Positions 29,801 through 37,520 of a DNA stretch of 48,830 bases are shown here, in pieces (the stretch's first letter is position 1; each line of letters begins with the position of its first letter). A model generated the notes under the pieces. The model was not told the DNA's origin, did not search any database, and saw only the letters and a list, made by a program, of their open reading frames with translations. Location: positions 1 to 48,830 of the IMG/VR virus record IMGVR_UViG_3300038318_000308; one strand, 5' to 3'. A program made the position numbers and the translations under genes. The stretch is from a virus (lineage: Duplodnaviria > Caudoviricetes).

Positions 29801-31076
29801 GTGCAGCTCCAGCTGCAACGATAGCAGTAACTAATCCTCCAGCTCCTAACCAACCAAATAGTTGTGACATAATTCCGCCTAATATACCATCGCTACTAAA
29901 TACACTTGTTAGAATTTTAACAACTTGTAATAATGGGTTAATAATAATTAAAAACTTCGAACCTACATTAACAAAGAAATTTCCAATACTTGAAGTAATT
30001 TCGTTCCATAATTCTTTTGTCGAATTTAAGATAGTATTCATTTCATCTTGAGTATTAATACCATCTTCAATTTTTGCTTCATATTCATCTACTTGGTCTG
30101 GGTCAATCTTCATTAATTGATTTGCCATTTTAGGCCCTGCGAATTTAGACCAGAATGATAATTGGTCTTGTGTTGTCATTCCGCGGTCTTTCATGGTATC
30201 ATCAAGCATTCTCTTCATATCTGAAAAAGAACGCATAGTGTTTCCACCAAATTTCCATAATGAATCTCCGCTTAAACCAATTGATTCTAAAGCATTTTCA
30301 CCAGTAGATGTAATACTACGAGTCATAAAATTACGTAATGCAGTACCAGCTAATGCTCCTTTTGTACCACGGGCTCCTAATGCTGATATTGTTGCTAATA
30401 AGTTATCTTGGTCCATATGTGAGACAGCAGCTGAACCCCCTGCGTATTGTAATGACTCTATAATATTTTTAACATCTAATGGCGCTACTTGTGATGCTGT
30501 TAATAATTTTGTATTCATTTCTGATACTTGAGTAGAATATTCAGATGAGTTCATATCTACTGTACTACCATTTAATAAATTAGTTGTCGTAATTAAATCT
30601 TCTAATGATTCATTTAAGTCCATACCCTCAAGTTTTGCCATCTTGAATCCTTCTTCAAGAACCCCAGTTTGTACAGCCGCATTATTAATACCAGCACGTC
30701 CTAAAGTGATTAATCCATCGGTAATATCATCTAATGACATACCATATTTTGCTGATAATTGTTGAGCAGATGCCCCTAGTTGATTTACTTCTGCATCTGA
30801 TTGACCTGATATTGCTTTTACTTGAGCCATTTTAGCTTGATATTCTGATGCAGCTCCTATAGCTTTTTGCATCCCCATAACTGCAACTGTACCCAATGTT
30901 AATGCTGCAGATTGAGCTGTAGTCATTGCATCTGATAACCCTCTACCAACTGACCCAGCTACAGCTGTTAATGAGTTTAACCCTGATTGTACAGCGAGTA
31001 ACGTTGCGCTCATTTGGTTTGTGCTTCTAAAAGCGAAATTTATTACTTGTTCATTTGTGGACATTGCGCGTGCCAT
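23889..31076 (-). CDS. Tail tape measure protein (TP901/PhageMin_Tail-type N-terminus)
   Basis: 2395 aa; MAQVKAISG, LGRAG, SLQYAG, GTKGALAGTALRN motifs; hydrophobic segments and long coiled coils; follows the tail chaperone. Confidence 0.9.
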   Translation of the reverse strand: MARAMSTNEQVINFAFRSTNQMSATLLAVQSGLNSLTAVAGSVGRGLSDAMTTAQSAALTLGTVAVMGMQKAIGAASEYQAKMAQVKAISGQSDAEVNQLGASAQQLSAKYGMSLDDITDGLITLGRAGINNAAVQTGVLEEGFKMAKLEGMDLNESLEDLITTTNLLNGSTVDMNSSEYSTQVSEMNTKLLTASQVAPLDVKNIIESLQYAGGSAAVSHMDQDNLLATISALGARGTKGALAGTALRNFMTRSITSTGENALESIGLSGDSLWKFGGNTMRSFSDMKRMLDDTMKDRGMTTQDQLSFWSKFAGPKMANQLMKIDPDQVDEYEAKIEDGINTQDEMNTILNSTKELWNEITSSIGNFFVNVGSKFLIIINPLLQVVKILTSVFSSDGILGGIMSQLFGWLGAGGLVTAIVAAGAALFNTVGPSVASIFHKAEGIRGIGKDIEEEVGRTAATINAIKNPDLLHKKARELNETEIDTIRYHTAQKGLDSRYSEPYRRRIFNAMPTYDTSIMINAFNMADLNKPETLLNEKSMKEITRDEDFSYAKYGGREHFTDLVGKFTEEHIVPKAPTEEEAARYNKQSAEEKRKQSAKDGQEPSSTNASENRAKVHTDFKQTHNEIQKVEASIKENTAAIRETSNPSSQVEKSLNNKINDSTPKTTKQTNTLSESDSRFLDSINFPKNHREGSNTREVIGNALNIAYGDIKADTGETMKSMFFSRAPKEATNQDLYKHLTEIDTIQSGFLHSLNAEGWDKTDKMVSNGKADLPTELRKTDNYIREKDFYKQNLNKEDKFLPQNLQDQKAQIFADAKFGILDNNLKETFKKELTQYVSNKPLEDLHNQLSTMPRSNISIEDQKSLLKNQRDIKQSKKQIFQDNLELNRLQNKPQRSINQNAYNTAVTQKTNLENNIAALKQQDQERFDNYNKQEKHALEVKQVFEQNIDEYDKYQKAVATNQNAQKILNNKPKSQKTLDGFKEKQSSLDSFESIDYDQVQRDFDESQKVIDEFNNTLRNEDDINNAKKQLTNKKRQITRLTNKQKNNKQNFTKNDGIKLQKYIQEKEKIESQLSSYSKSYSEQEYNEANDFLSTTTKPHKFQSSDKIKKLNQYETNFDEIINTFEAEEKAEQNYNKNLKKRQKLEKNITEQTSKMTKLEEENQAIKSSYVNGLVETNMKPIYKLKNENIPNNETTRAVRAASTILSQQPNITDIESQIQSAIAHNLSLGQNNIKNIINPNMQKNALIDDSMRDLYNYANEEKERLMDQQVAKRYSTMSEDDVVNEAKQRKQNQSWQQQSIGYQKHMANLEQQTADKYKNMTRVDRIADIRERKQTKPAAQQYRDYQKRIGIQEMLYGNKFTLNNEADIKEIKSMLKKISQDYSNDRKRTAQNIKNDAFGKTKRDLKTAFSDFARPLTDNMKKYQHSQFTNMEGTKGKIARAIDKAISFIPGYAQTAMGGGRQIKEKLGARFQQKKEQIRGAATNTGQNLAMLTSTVAPQFSAALMTGSILLDTVTSLEILLNAARTGEIALLGILNIELMAVLAPIIAIIAILVGTNKLNEKARKDAQARFKSSGDDYDKHRKKYEFYSQQINKNRDKYIDKLNLERLATQNAGTKYRAAANDEMNARMAGDWGDHGFFNTLGRVLHLTDDKEIKSRSKDTTAGISNIVTQADSDRLTTGLGGIGVIVGLVKNAESSVLGSTQKFGLQDNIRSYYYGHQKQFEEMNQYKSELSTLYNLQNSLISTGLTQKQAQNSKKFKESLNEMSQKTGLTSKQIKSYLSWMKHEQYFKQYEQQMNVRKTSIIDQMNLQTSAAFANEDVKDMKNLKGASDIQKQMLQLQALQYGEDIAKQARINIIKLHALNIFLEVRKILSWLMHGNDDKGRASINKQQARANTAIKGMEGKTNTAKNAKDLLKHVKVTGKREDLASGKQIDSVNQSTQNANAPKWSAVGTSAGTNSGTSIQSTGDTNKPQTTQTNLQTATTTTQTENQKNLKSIATTGKKLEEKNRVKLNPKETSKKIKSPNVGKTVNEVGKGIGNFLTNYHPLALSAKAISGGFKSSLDSGSKVGGFLAKNNPAILSAKAIGSLFKNKHEKDKTKDSKINKTKEQKPKKPKEPKNSFEALKQILGLNRMQSHNVILMKTYLLDISLTLQLILDFFNPLGVGGNKKQKQIAGIRNKEKALERHGGAENITGEPPIGAPIGISRGGPIAGVRYSKSTIATGGRRNTTVATGHTNKDFNPKAIKARDMKGSLDKRPHDGKKFVITGDWYINTTGDPDDMKSQMMQIFEDISERINPKVVSQTSGTPPVAASSTTATDANSTTSGVNGIQDGVTAATGDEKASRSNYAKVLSNDGTNVVLGTHDGKKIVRQISQYSFLKNAKKDNEYSYSKLNVK

Positions 31077-31144
31077 TTATATAACCTCTATAAAAATTAG
31101 ATAAATATTTCTTTTTTGTTGTATATAAGCAACAAAATTTTTTT

Positions 31145-31179
31145 AAAAAAAAAGCCAAGTAGCTATTAACTACTTGGCT
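31145..31179 (-). terminator. Hairpin plus T-run terminator after the tail chaperone genes
   Basis: Perfect 10-bp inverted repeat AGCCAAGTAG (31153-62) / CTACTTGGCT (31170-79), 7-nt loop, followed on the minus strand by a T-run; 6 nt after the stop of the frameshifted chaperone. Confidence 0.65.
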
Positions 31180-31185
31180 ATATGG

Positions 31186-31937
31186 TTAAAAGAATAATAA
31201 CGGTCCACGGTCTTTAGTTATATCGAATTCCCATTCTAAACCTGCTGCTATAAATAATTTTTGTTCCGGAGTAAAAAGTCCCTTTTCAGATAATACTGCT
31301 AATTCCCCGGGTGTTTTTCCTAAAGCTCGACATATAAGATATTCTGTCTGAAAGTCGCCATCATTTTTTACTTTTTTCTAAAATCATCAAATAATGCGGA
31401 ATCATCAACGTTTCCTAAAACTTTACTAACTTCTCTAATTAATTTTTGAACTAATGCCGTGTCTGCTTTTTTCCAATCTGTTGCAGTCATTTTTGGTTCA
31501 ACTACACATCTTTCTAATAATCTATAATTATAATCATTAGATTCTTCTAATTCTTCAGCCGTCATTTCTTCTAAATCTTTTACGGCTAAACTTCTATCTA
31601 AAATATCAGAGTTATCAGATTCAGATAATCTTTTAATTTTAAAAATAAGAACATCGTCATCGCTAACTACAATTGGCAAATCAATAGTTTTTCCTACTCT
31701 AGAAAATAATAAAGACTTAGTTGCTGCTTTTGCGTTATATTCATCAAGTTTTTTTTGTTTTCTTTGTGTATTTTTACTATCAATCTGTTCCTGCATACTT
31801 TTTAATATTTCATCTGCAGATGCGTTAGGGTCGATTTTTTGGTCTTCTGTTGCAATGTCATCAAATAAACCGACATCTTTTTTTTCTTCTTCTTCTTTCT
31901 CTTCTAAATTAGAGTTATTAAATATTTTATCTACCAT
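31186..31937 (-). CDS. Tail assembly chaperone, long form (gpGT-like, ~250 aa) via -1 frameshift
   Basis: Slippery A AAA AAG at 31377-31371 just before the TAA; the -1 frame stays open for 61 codons (VKNDGDFQTEYLICRALGKTPGELAVL...GPLLFF*) to TAA at 31186-88. Confidence 0.8.
31368..31937 (-). CDS. Tail assembly chaperone, short form (gpG-like)
   Basis: 189 aa, acidic, between tube and tape measure; ends FRKK* on a slippery site. Confidence 0.8.
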   Translation of the reverse strand: MVDKIFNNSNLEEKEEEEKKDVGLFDDIATEDQKIDPNASADEILKSMQEQIDSKNTQRKQKKLDEYNAKAATKSLLFSRVGKTIDLPIVVSDDDVLIFKIKRLSESDNSDILDRSLAVKDLEEMTAEELEESNDYNYRLLERCVVEPKMTATDWKKADTALVQKLIREVSKVLGNVDDSALFDDFRKK

Positions 31938-32022
31938 TTTTAAACCTCGATATTGTATTATTATTTTATGTAGTATTTAAATAGCCAAAATTTTTTAAAA
32001 AAATATAGGTTTCAAATGAAAC

Positions 32023-32475
32023 CTACATATTAAAGTTTTTGCTGTTTCCAGAAAATGAACATCTAGAAGATACAGCTGTTGCAATATCACCGAAATCTAC
32101 GGAACGGCTAATTGCTTGTCCTTGAATATCTTCCATAACAACATCTTGACCATTGATTGGTCCAACGTTATCTTGTGAGAGTTTACAACCATTTAATGTC
32201 ATAATTGGTTGGTCAGTATCTGGGTCAGCGTTCCATAATACCATAATGAATTCACAATCATATTCGTACATTCTAGCTAATACGGCATCAGAAAATGCTC
32301 TTTTAAATGTAAATTCAATTTTCTTACGCCCACTTCGAATTGTCAATGGATTTTTTTGTCCAGCAACATAATACGGATTGGCGTCTCTGGTTGCGTTAAC
32401 TGTAATTTCTTGTACTTCAAATTTATTTCCATTAATTACAATATAACCTGTTTCAAAATATACTGGGTCTGCCAT
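32023..32475 (-). CDS. Tail tube protein
   Basis: 150 aa directly after the sheath; beta-rich XkdM-like pattern (GRKKIEFTFKR...TLNGCKL). Confidence 0.75.
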   Translation of the reverse strand: MADPVYFETGYIVINGNKFEVQEITVNATRDANPYYVAGQKNPLTIRSGRKKIEFTFKRAFSDAVLARMYEYDCEFIMVLWNADPDTDQPIMTLNGCKLSQDNVGPINGQDVVMEDIQGQAISRSVDFGDIATAVSSRCSFSGNSKNFNM

Positions 32476-32487
32476 TTAAATTCCTCC

Positions 32488-34242
32488 TTATTGTACTATA
32501 ACACTAGCTTCAACTTGTCTAAGAGCATATACTGGAGTAATCTTAAGATTAACATGTATTCTTCCAACTCTTTGTTCAGAACGAGGTGTTATAATAACTT
32601 CAACATCATATGCCTTAAGATTATCGGTATCAACATCTTGTAATGTATTATCATATGTTTTCATATCAGATAAAGCAGATTTAATAGCTTCTTCTAAAGA
32701 AGTTTTTAAATTAACATTAATGTTTTTACCTTGGTATCCATAACATATATCATATGTTGTATTAAGTGCATATTTTACAATATTAACTACAGATTCTTCA
32801 GATGTGTAATCAGTTGATTGTGATGTAGTTACTCCTTCTCTAAACGTAACTGTATCATATTCTTTTTTAACTGTTACTACACCAGCTTCATTAAGTTTAA
32901 CATATACTTCTGGTTCAAATCTAACTTCATCCTCAGTAGATAATAACGGCATTACGCCAGCGATAGGTTCTTTTTTACCTTCAATAGTAGACCAAGAATA
33001 TAATATTTTACTATCTTCTCCACCATACATAGAGTTACCATAACTAAGTTTACTTCTAAGTCCTGCCCAATACATAGTTACTTTATAAGGTAATATTTCA
33101 TTACCATCGTAATCAATCATTCCTTGTCCTATGTATATAACATATTGATTATCAAAAAGTCTTGCTCTATCTTCTAAATCACCAGTATCAGCTAATCTAT
33201 CATCTTCATTAGCTCCGATACATGCATATCTCCATTTACATACATCATCTGCGCTCATTTTTTCAGAGTGTTCAGCATATTTGTTTTGAATATCCCAGTC
33301 TGGATATACACAGAATACACCTGCTAATCTTTCATCTTCTAATTGATGTAATGCGGTTTCGTGTGCTTTTCTACCTGCATATGCTTTATCTTCAATATCA
33401 TCTGCAATGTTTGGTATTCTTTGAGTAGTACTATCCCATAAACCATTACTACCTTGTATTATACCTTTGGTATTGCTAAGACTATTAATTAAGTTTACAC
33501 TTACTGTAGCTTCAGTAATTTGATTAAGAGCTATAGTTTCAGATGGACCTAATGGTTTAATATTTGTTTTATCTGATAATTTATCAAATAATGCTCCTTC
33601 ATCTGTGAGAACAGCATTAATAGCATAACTTCTTTTATTAATTTTTTCAACAATTTTAGCTAATGTTGTTGCTCTTTGTATAGTTAATACATCTGTAGTA
33701 CAGTTTTCATATTTACCGGCAATAAATTCTGCTTCATTACCAAATACTAAAGATTTAACTACAAATTTATATTCTCCTCTAATATCTTTGGAGAATTCTA
33801 TACGAACTGGACAACTACCTTTATAATTAGTAGTTAATTTAATGAAATCAGCATCTGTTAAAGTTTTTGTTTCAGCTGTAACGGTATCTCCTTCTCCGGC
33901 TACACCTATAGTGTATGTGAGATTACCAGTAATAGTAGTTGTTCCTTCTTTTGCAACAATATTATTTGTACTGTTTTCAATTTCTACTCCAGCACTATCT
34001 TTTTCTACATAATCGCTGTTAGCACGTACTAATATTAAACCAGTTCCACCATTATCAAAAAATGGGTCTGCATTAAATCCAAAAATCTGTTTGGCATGCG
34101 ATTTACTTTCGATAAAGGTTGGCTCATTGATTGGCCCTTTTGTAGTTTCAACAACAGTTGCCCATCTTTTATCATGAGATGGTTTTACATACGCAGCTTC
34201 TGCGCTTGTTTTTATACGAATATAAGGTATTCCTTCAACCAT
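32488..34242 (-). CDS. Contractile tail sheath protein
   Basis: 584 aa; KGPINEPTFI and FFDNGG N-terminus, LNEAGV...GVTT and GRIHVNLKITPVYALRQV C-terminus typical of sheath proteins. Confidence 0.88.
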   Translation of the reverse strand: MVEGIPYIRIKTSAEAAYVKPSHDKRWATVVETTKGPINEPTFIESKSHAKQIFGFNADPFFDNGGTGLILVRANSDYVEKDSAGVEIENSTNNIVAKEGTTTITGNLTYTIGVAGEGDTVTAETKTLTDADFIKLTTNYKGSCPVRIEFSKDIRGEYKFVVKSLVFGNEAEFIAGKYENCTTDVLTIQRATTLAKIVEKINKRSYAINAVLTDEGALFDKLSDKTNIKPLGPSETIALNQITEATVSVNLINSLSNTKGIIQGSNGLWDSTTQRIPNIADDIEDKAYAGRKAHETALHQLEDERLAGVFCVYPDWDIQNKYAEHSEKMSADDVCKWRYACIGANEDDRLADTGDLEDRARLFDNQYVIYIGQGMIDYDGNEILPYKVTMYWAGLRSKLSYGNSMYGGEDSKILYSWSTIEGKKEPIAGVMPLLSTEDEVRFEPEVYVKLNEAGVVTVKKEYDTVTFREGVTTSQSTDYTSEESVVNIVKYALNTTYDICYGYQGKNINVNLKTSLEEAIKSALSDMKTYDNTLQDVDTDNLKAYDVEVIITPRSEQRVGRIHVNLKITPVYALRQVEASVIVQ

Positions 34243-34246
34243 TTTT

Positions 34247-34501
34247 TCATCTTCTTATTATTTTATTATATAATTCAACTAATTCAGATTCAGTAATAAA
34301 ATCATTTTTATTAATTTTCTTTTCTTTACATATTAAGAAAAAATCATATTTATTTATTCCTAAACTATCAGCAATCATATTAGCTTCATATTTTTGCTCT
34401 TTTGGTACTGTTTTTTTAGGAATACTTTTTTTAGGAGTTTCTTTCTTATTTTCAGCTTTTATATCTTCTTTTTTATTTGTCATTTTTAGCACCAATATCA
34501 A
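34247..34501 (-). CDS. Small basic hypothetical protein
   Basis: 84-aa ORF tightly packed between neck and sheath genes; real start may be MTNKKE. Confidence 0.55.
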   Translation of the reverse strand: MILVLKMTNKKEDIKAENKKETPKKSIPKKTVPKEQKYEANMIADSLGINKYDFFLICKEKKINKNDFITESELVELYNKIIRR

Positions 34502-35258
34502 TATTTTCTATTAGCGGTCCATCTTTTCTTTGATGTACGAGTCCATATATAACATTTATTTCCATCATAATACGTTCTACTTCATTTTTTTCCAAATCAC
34601 TCATATTTTGAGCATTAGTAATTTTGATATCAAATACACCACGACTATATAAAGTTGTGTTATCAGGGAATATTCTCCCATCATATATCGACATTACTTT
34701 AACAGTTGTAATATCTAAATCAGTTTTAATATATAATCCATCATCACCAAGATACCAAGAATTATTTACTAAATTTTTAACATCACATATAGGTTCTAAT
34801 ATTTGATTTTCAACACTTACCCAACCAAGAATAAAATTTTTATCTTCATATATACTGTTTTTATAATAATCCGTCATATCAACATAATCAGAATTATATC
34901 CATATATAATAGTATTTGTATCTAATAATTTTTCTATTCTTAATTCGAGTGCACGATAAATCTTATTTACTTCAGCTACCGATGTTGAGTACATATCAAT
35001 TTGAAAATCGGCCTTATATATATCTTTAATATTTCGCCAACGTTGTGATATTTTATTAGTTAATGATAATCTTTCTGCATTAGTTATAAATGGAGAAATA
35101 CGAATTTCTGGATATTCACTTTTACCATCTTGATATAAATAATTTGGTACTTTAGTATCATCATCTATGGTTAAATAAAAACCATCTGGAGCTTCGTCTC
35201 CACATACTTCTCGTATTGTATAAATAACATCATTTTTATTATAAAACATAAATATCAC
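34473..35258 (-). CDS. Probable tail terminator/completion protein
   Basis: 261 aa; YPEIRI and ADFQIDMYSTS pattern; position before the sheath. Confidence 0.5.
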   Translation of the reverse strand: MIFMFYNKNDVIYTIREVCGDEAPDGFYLTIDDDTKVPNYLYQDGKSEYPEIRISPFITNAERLSLTNKISQRWRNIKDIYKADFQIDMYSTSVAEVNKIYRALELRIEKLLDTNTIIYGYNSDYVDMTDYYKNSIYEDKNFILGWVSVENQILEPICDVKNLVNNSWYLGDDGLYIKTDLDITTVKVMSIYDGRIFPDNTTLYSRGVFDIKITNAQNMSDLEKNEVERIMMEINVIYGLVHQRKDGPLIENIDIGAKNDK

Positions 35259-35887
35259 TTAAATGTTTCTCTTCCTGAAAAATGTGATTTTCCAAATATA
35301 TCATATGTTTCATGAATTTCATATCTTTTACTTGGATGTCGACTATATCCTTTATTATTTTCTCGATATCTTTGAGTTGCTTGTAAACTTGCTCGCGAAA
35401 CATATACTAAGTTACTTGCTCCTCTAAAATATGCATCTCTTACATCATCTTGGGCTGTTTTATAGTATCGTTTCATAGCTGTTTGTATTGCGGGTCTCAT
35501 AATAGGTACTGGAGCCATTTGTTGTCTTTTAAATAAATTCCAATGCCCATATTCCCAATGAGTTGCATATGGTTCTCCGGTAACACTAGAGATAGCATCA
35601 TTACCAAAAACAATATCACCATTTTTTCTTAATTTACAAAAATAACCGTTATACATTTCAGATGATTGTTGATTTAAATTAGACCGTCTATATCTTATTT
35701 TTGCAGATATAAGAAAACTTTTAGATACCTCTGATGCTAATTGACGAACATGAGGATTAGATGCTGCACCCGGACCACATAAAGAATTAACTTCATGTCC
35801 CATTGATGCTAAACCACTCCAAGGGTCTGGTGGGTTATATGTAACCTCAACACCAGTATATTCTTCACTAGGTACTTTCCCGGCCAT
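35255..35887 (-). CDS. HK97 gp10-like neck/tail completion protein
   Basis: PYATHWEYGH...APVPIMRPA motif; start MAGKVP at 35887 preferred over the ORF-track start 35932. Confidence 0.65.
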   Translation of the reverse strand: MAGKVPSEEYTGVEVTYNPPDPWSGLASMGHEVNSLCGPGAASNPHVRQLASEVSKSFLISAKIRYRRSNLNQQSSEMYNGYFCKLRKNGDIVFGNDAISSVTGEPYATHWEYGHWNLFKRQQMAPVPIMRPAIQTAMKRYYKTAQDDVRDAYFRGASNLVYVSRASLQATQRYRENNKGYSRHPSKRYEIHETYDIFGKSHFSGRETFK

Positions 35888-36314
35888 ATTTTTTATCTTC
35901 CGTAAATCCCATCTTATAATGATGTTTATCATTTCGTAAAAATAAATTTGGATTAAATTCTGTAATTTTTAAAATAACAGTTTCATAATTTCTGATTATT
36001 TTAACTCGATAATCTGATAATTTATTTGTATCTAAATTAAATTTTTTCGGATTAAAGTATCCAACGTATTCTATTTTACTTTCTTCTCCGGACTCATCAG
36101 TTTGAGCTTTTTGTTTTAATTGTATAACGCCTTTAAGTTCAACCACATCTTGCCAATTAATTTTAGTATTACCAACTTCATCTTTAGTAATAATATTACC
36201 AACTTCATCTTTTAATACATTATCTGTATTATCGATTTGATATTCTTCTTTTTTTTGAAGAATGTATTTTTCAGTTGGTCTTTTAATTATATTATTGAGG
36301 GCCGTAATATCCAT
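35868..36314 (-). CDS. Probable head closure (stopper) protein
   Basis: Beta-rich ~148 aa between adaptor and gp10-like genes; GGTG RBS favours the start MDITAL at 36314 (ORF track 36356). Confidence 0.5.
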   Translation of the reverse strand: MDITALNNIIKRPTEKYILQKKEEYQIDNTDNVLKDEVGNIITKDEVGNTKINWQDVVELKGVIQLKQKAQTDESGEESKIEYVGYFNPKKFNLDTNKLSDYRVKIIRNYETVILKITEFNPNLFLRNDKHHYKMGFTEDKKYGREST

Positions 36315-37113
36315 ATTTAACACGTGCACCTGACCTATCAAAAGATTTAATCCCATGAACTCCTTCTGTACTAGATATTAAATCATTTAATGCAGAGTCA
36401 TATAAATCACACCAAGTATCAGATGATTTTGTAAATGATGTATCAAATGATTCACTTACATCACCAACTTCATATTCCTTTGGTCCAATTATTGCAGAAG
36501 GATTTGTTTTAAAAAGTTGACATGCTATACCCAAATAAACAGCTTCTTTGAAAACTTCAGTTGTAGTATCTGCATCTTCACCGAGTTTTTCTGATATTAA
36601 GCTTGTATAATGGTCTAATAAAAATTCAATTTGTGTATCTGGAATAATTTCTGGGTCTAAATTTAATAATCTTCTAACATAATCAACTGTTGATTCATTA
36701 GTAGAATATTTTTTTAAAACATCACTATATTCACTATACAAGATACACCAATTTAAGATATATTTATCTTCTTCAATGACTAAATGAGTTAAATCAATGT
36801 TTTGTATAAAATACTCATATTCGTTATTTGTAATGTCTTTTATTGCGATTTGCATATTAATTAATGAACATGCAATTCCTAAAATTAAAGTTTGTTGGAA
36901 AAGTGTTAATTTATTATTAATAATTAATTCTTCTTCAGTAATATCTTGTTCAATTATAGTATTACTAATTTCTTCTTTTTCCATTGTTGTCACTAAATTC
37001 ATCATTTCAACAATATAATCATAATAATGTTGAATTAAATATTCAATTGATGAATTAGGTGTTGTTTCAGGAATTACTAATGCTTGTCTAATATATGCAA
37101 CATCGATAATCAT
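36292..37113 (-). CDS. Head-tail adaptor (gp6/gp15-like) with an internal tandem duplication
   Basis: 273 aa; two similar halves (VAYIRQAL...IEYLIQHY...LGIACSL...WCILY and VDYVRRLL...IEFLLDHY...LGIACQL...WCDLY); EVGDVSESF motif. Confidence 0.6.
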   Translation of the reverse strand: MIIDVAYIRQALVIPETTPNSSIEYLIQHYYDYIVEMMNLVTTMEKEEISNTIIEQDITEEELIINNKLTLFQQTLILGIACSLINMQIAIKDITNNEYEYFIQNIDLTHLVIEEDKYILNWCILYSEYSDVLKKYSTNESTVDYVRRLLNLDPEIIPDTQIEFLLDHYTSLISEKLGEDADTTTEVFKEAVYLGIACQLFKTNPSAIIGPKEYEVGDVSESFDTSFTKSSDTWCDLYDSALNDLISSTEGVHGIKSFDRSGARVKYGYYGPQ

Positions 37114-37484
37114 TATTCAACCTTTATAAATTTATCTTTGTAAATATCATTTAATTGTGAAGCGTTACGAGTTTTTGGGTCTATACCTGATTGTTTTGGT
37201 AATTCTTGTCCAACTTCTAAACGTGCACTTCGGTCTTTTTCTGTTTCGACAAAACCGAAAGCATATAATTGTTTAAATTGTTCAGGTGTTACTTCAACAA
37301 TTTCATCTCGTTTAATCGTAAATACTTGTGGTAAACCATCAATTAATTCACGAATAACATATTGTTCAACGCCATTAACTCTTTCTAACTTACGTTCTTT
37401 TAATAAAACTGTTTTTTGCATAGCCGCACTATGTAAGGGATTAAAAGTTATTTTTATTTTTTGATTTGAATCGTTTTTTGACAT
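37113..37484 (-). CDS. Hypothetical head-module protein
   Basis: 123-aa ORF with GAGGT RBS; its stop overlaps the next start. Confidence 0.7.
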   Translation of the reverse strand: MSKNDSNQKIKITFNPLHSAAMQKTVLLKERKLERVNGVEQYVIRELIDGLPQVFTIKRDEIVEVTPEQFKQLYAFGFVETEKDRSARLEVGQELPKQSGIDPKTRNASQLNDIYKDKFIKVE

Positions 37485-37520
37485 TTTTATTACCTCGACT
37501 TCTAACTTTTTAATTGTTTA

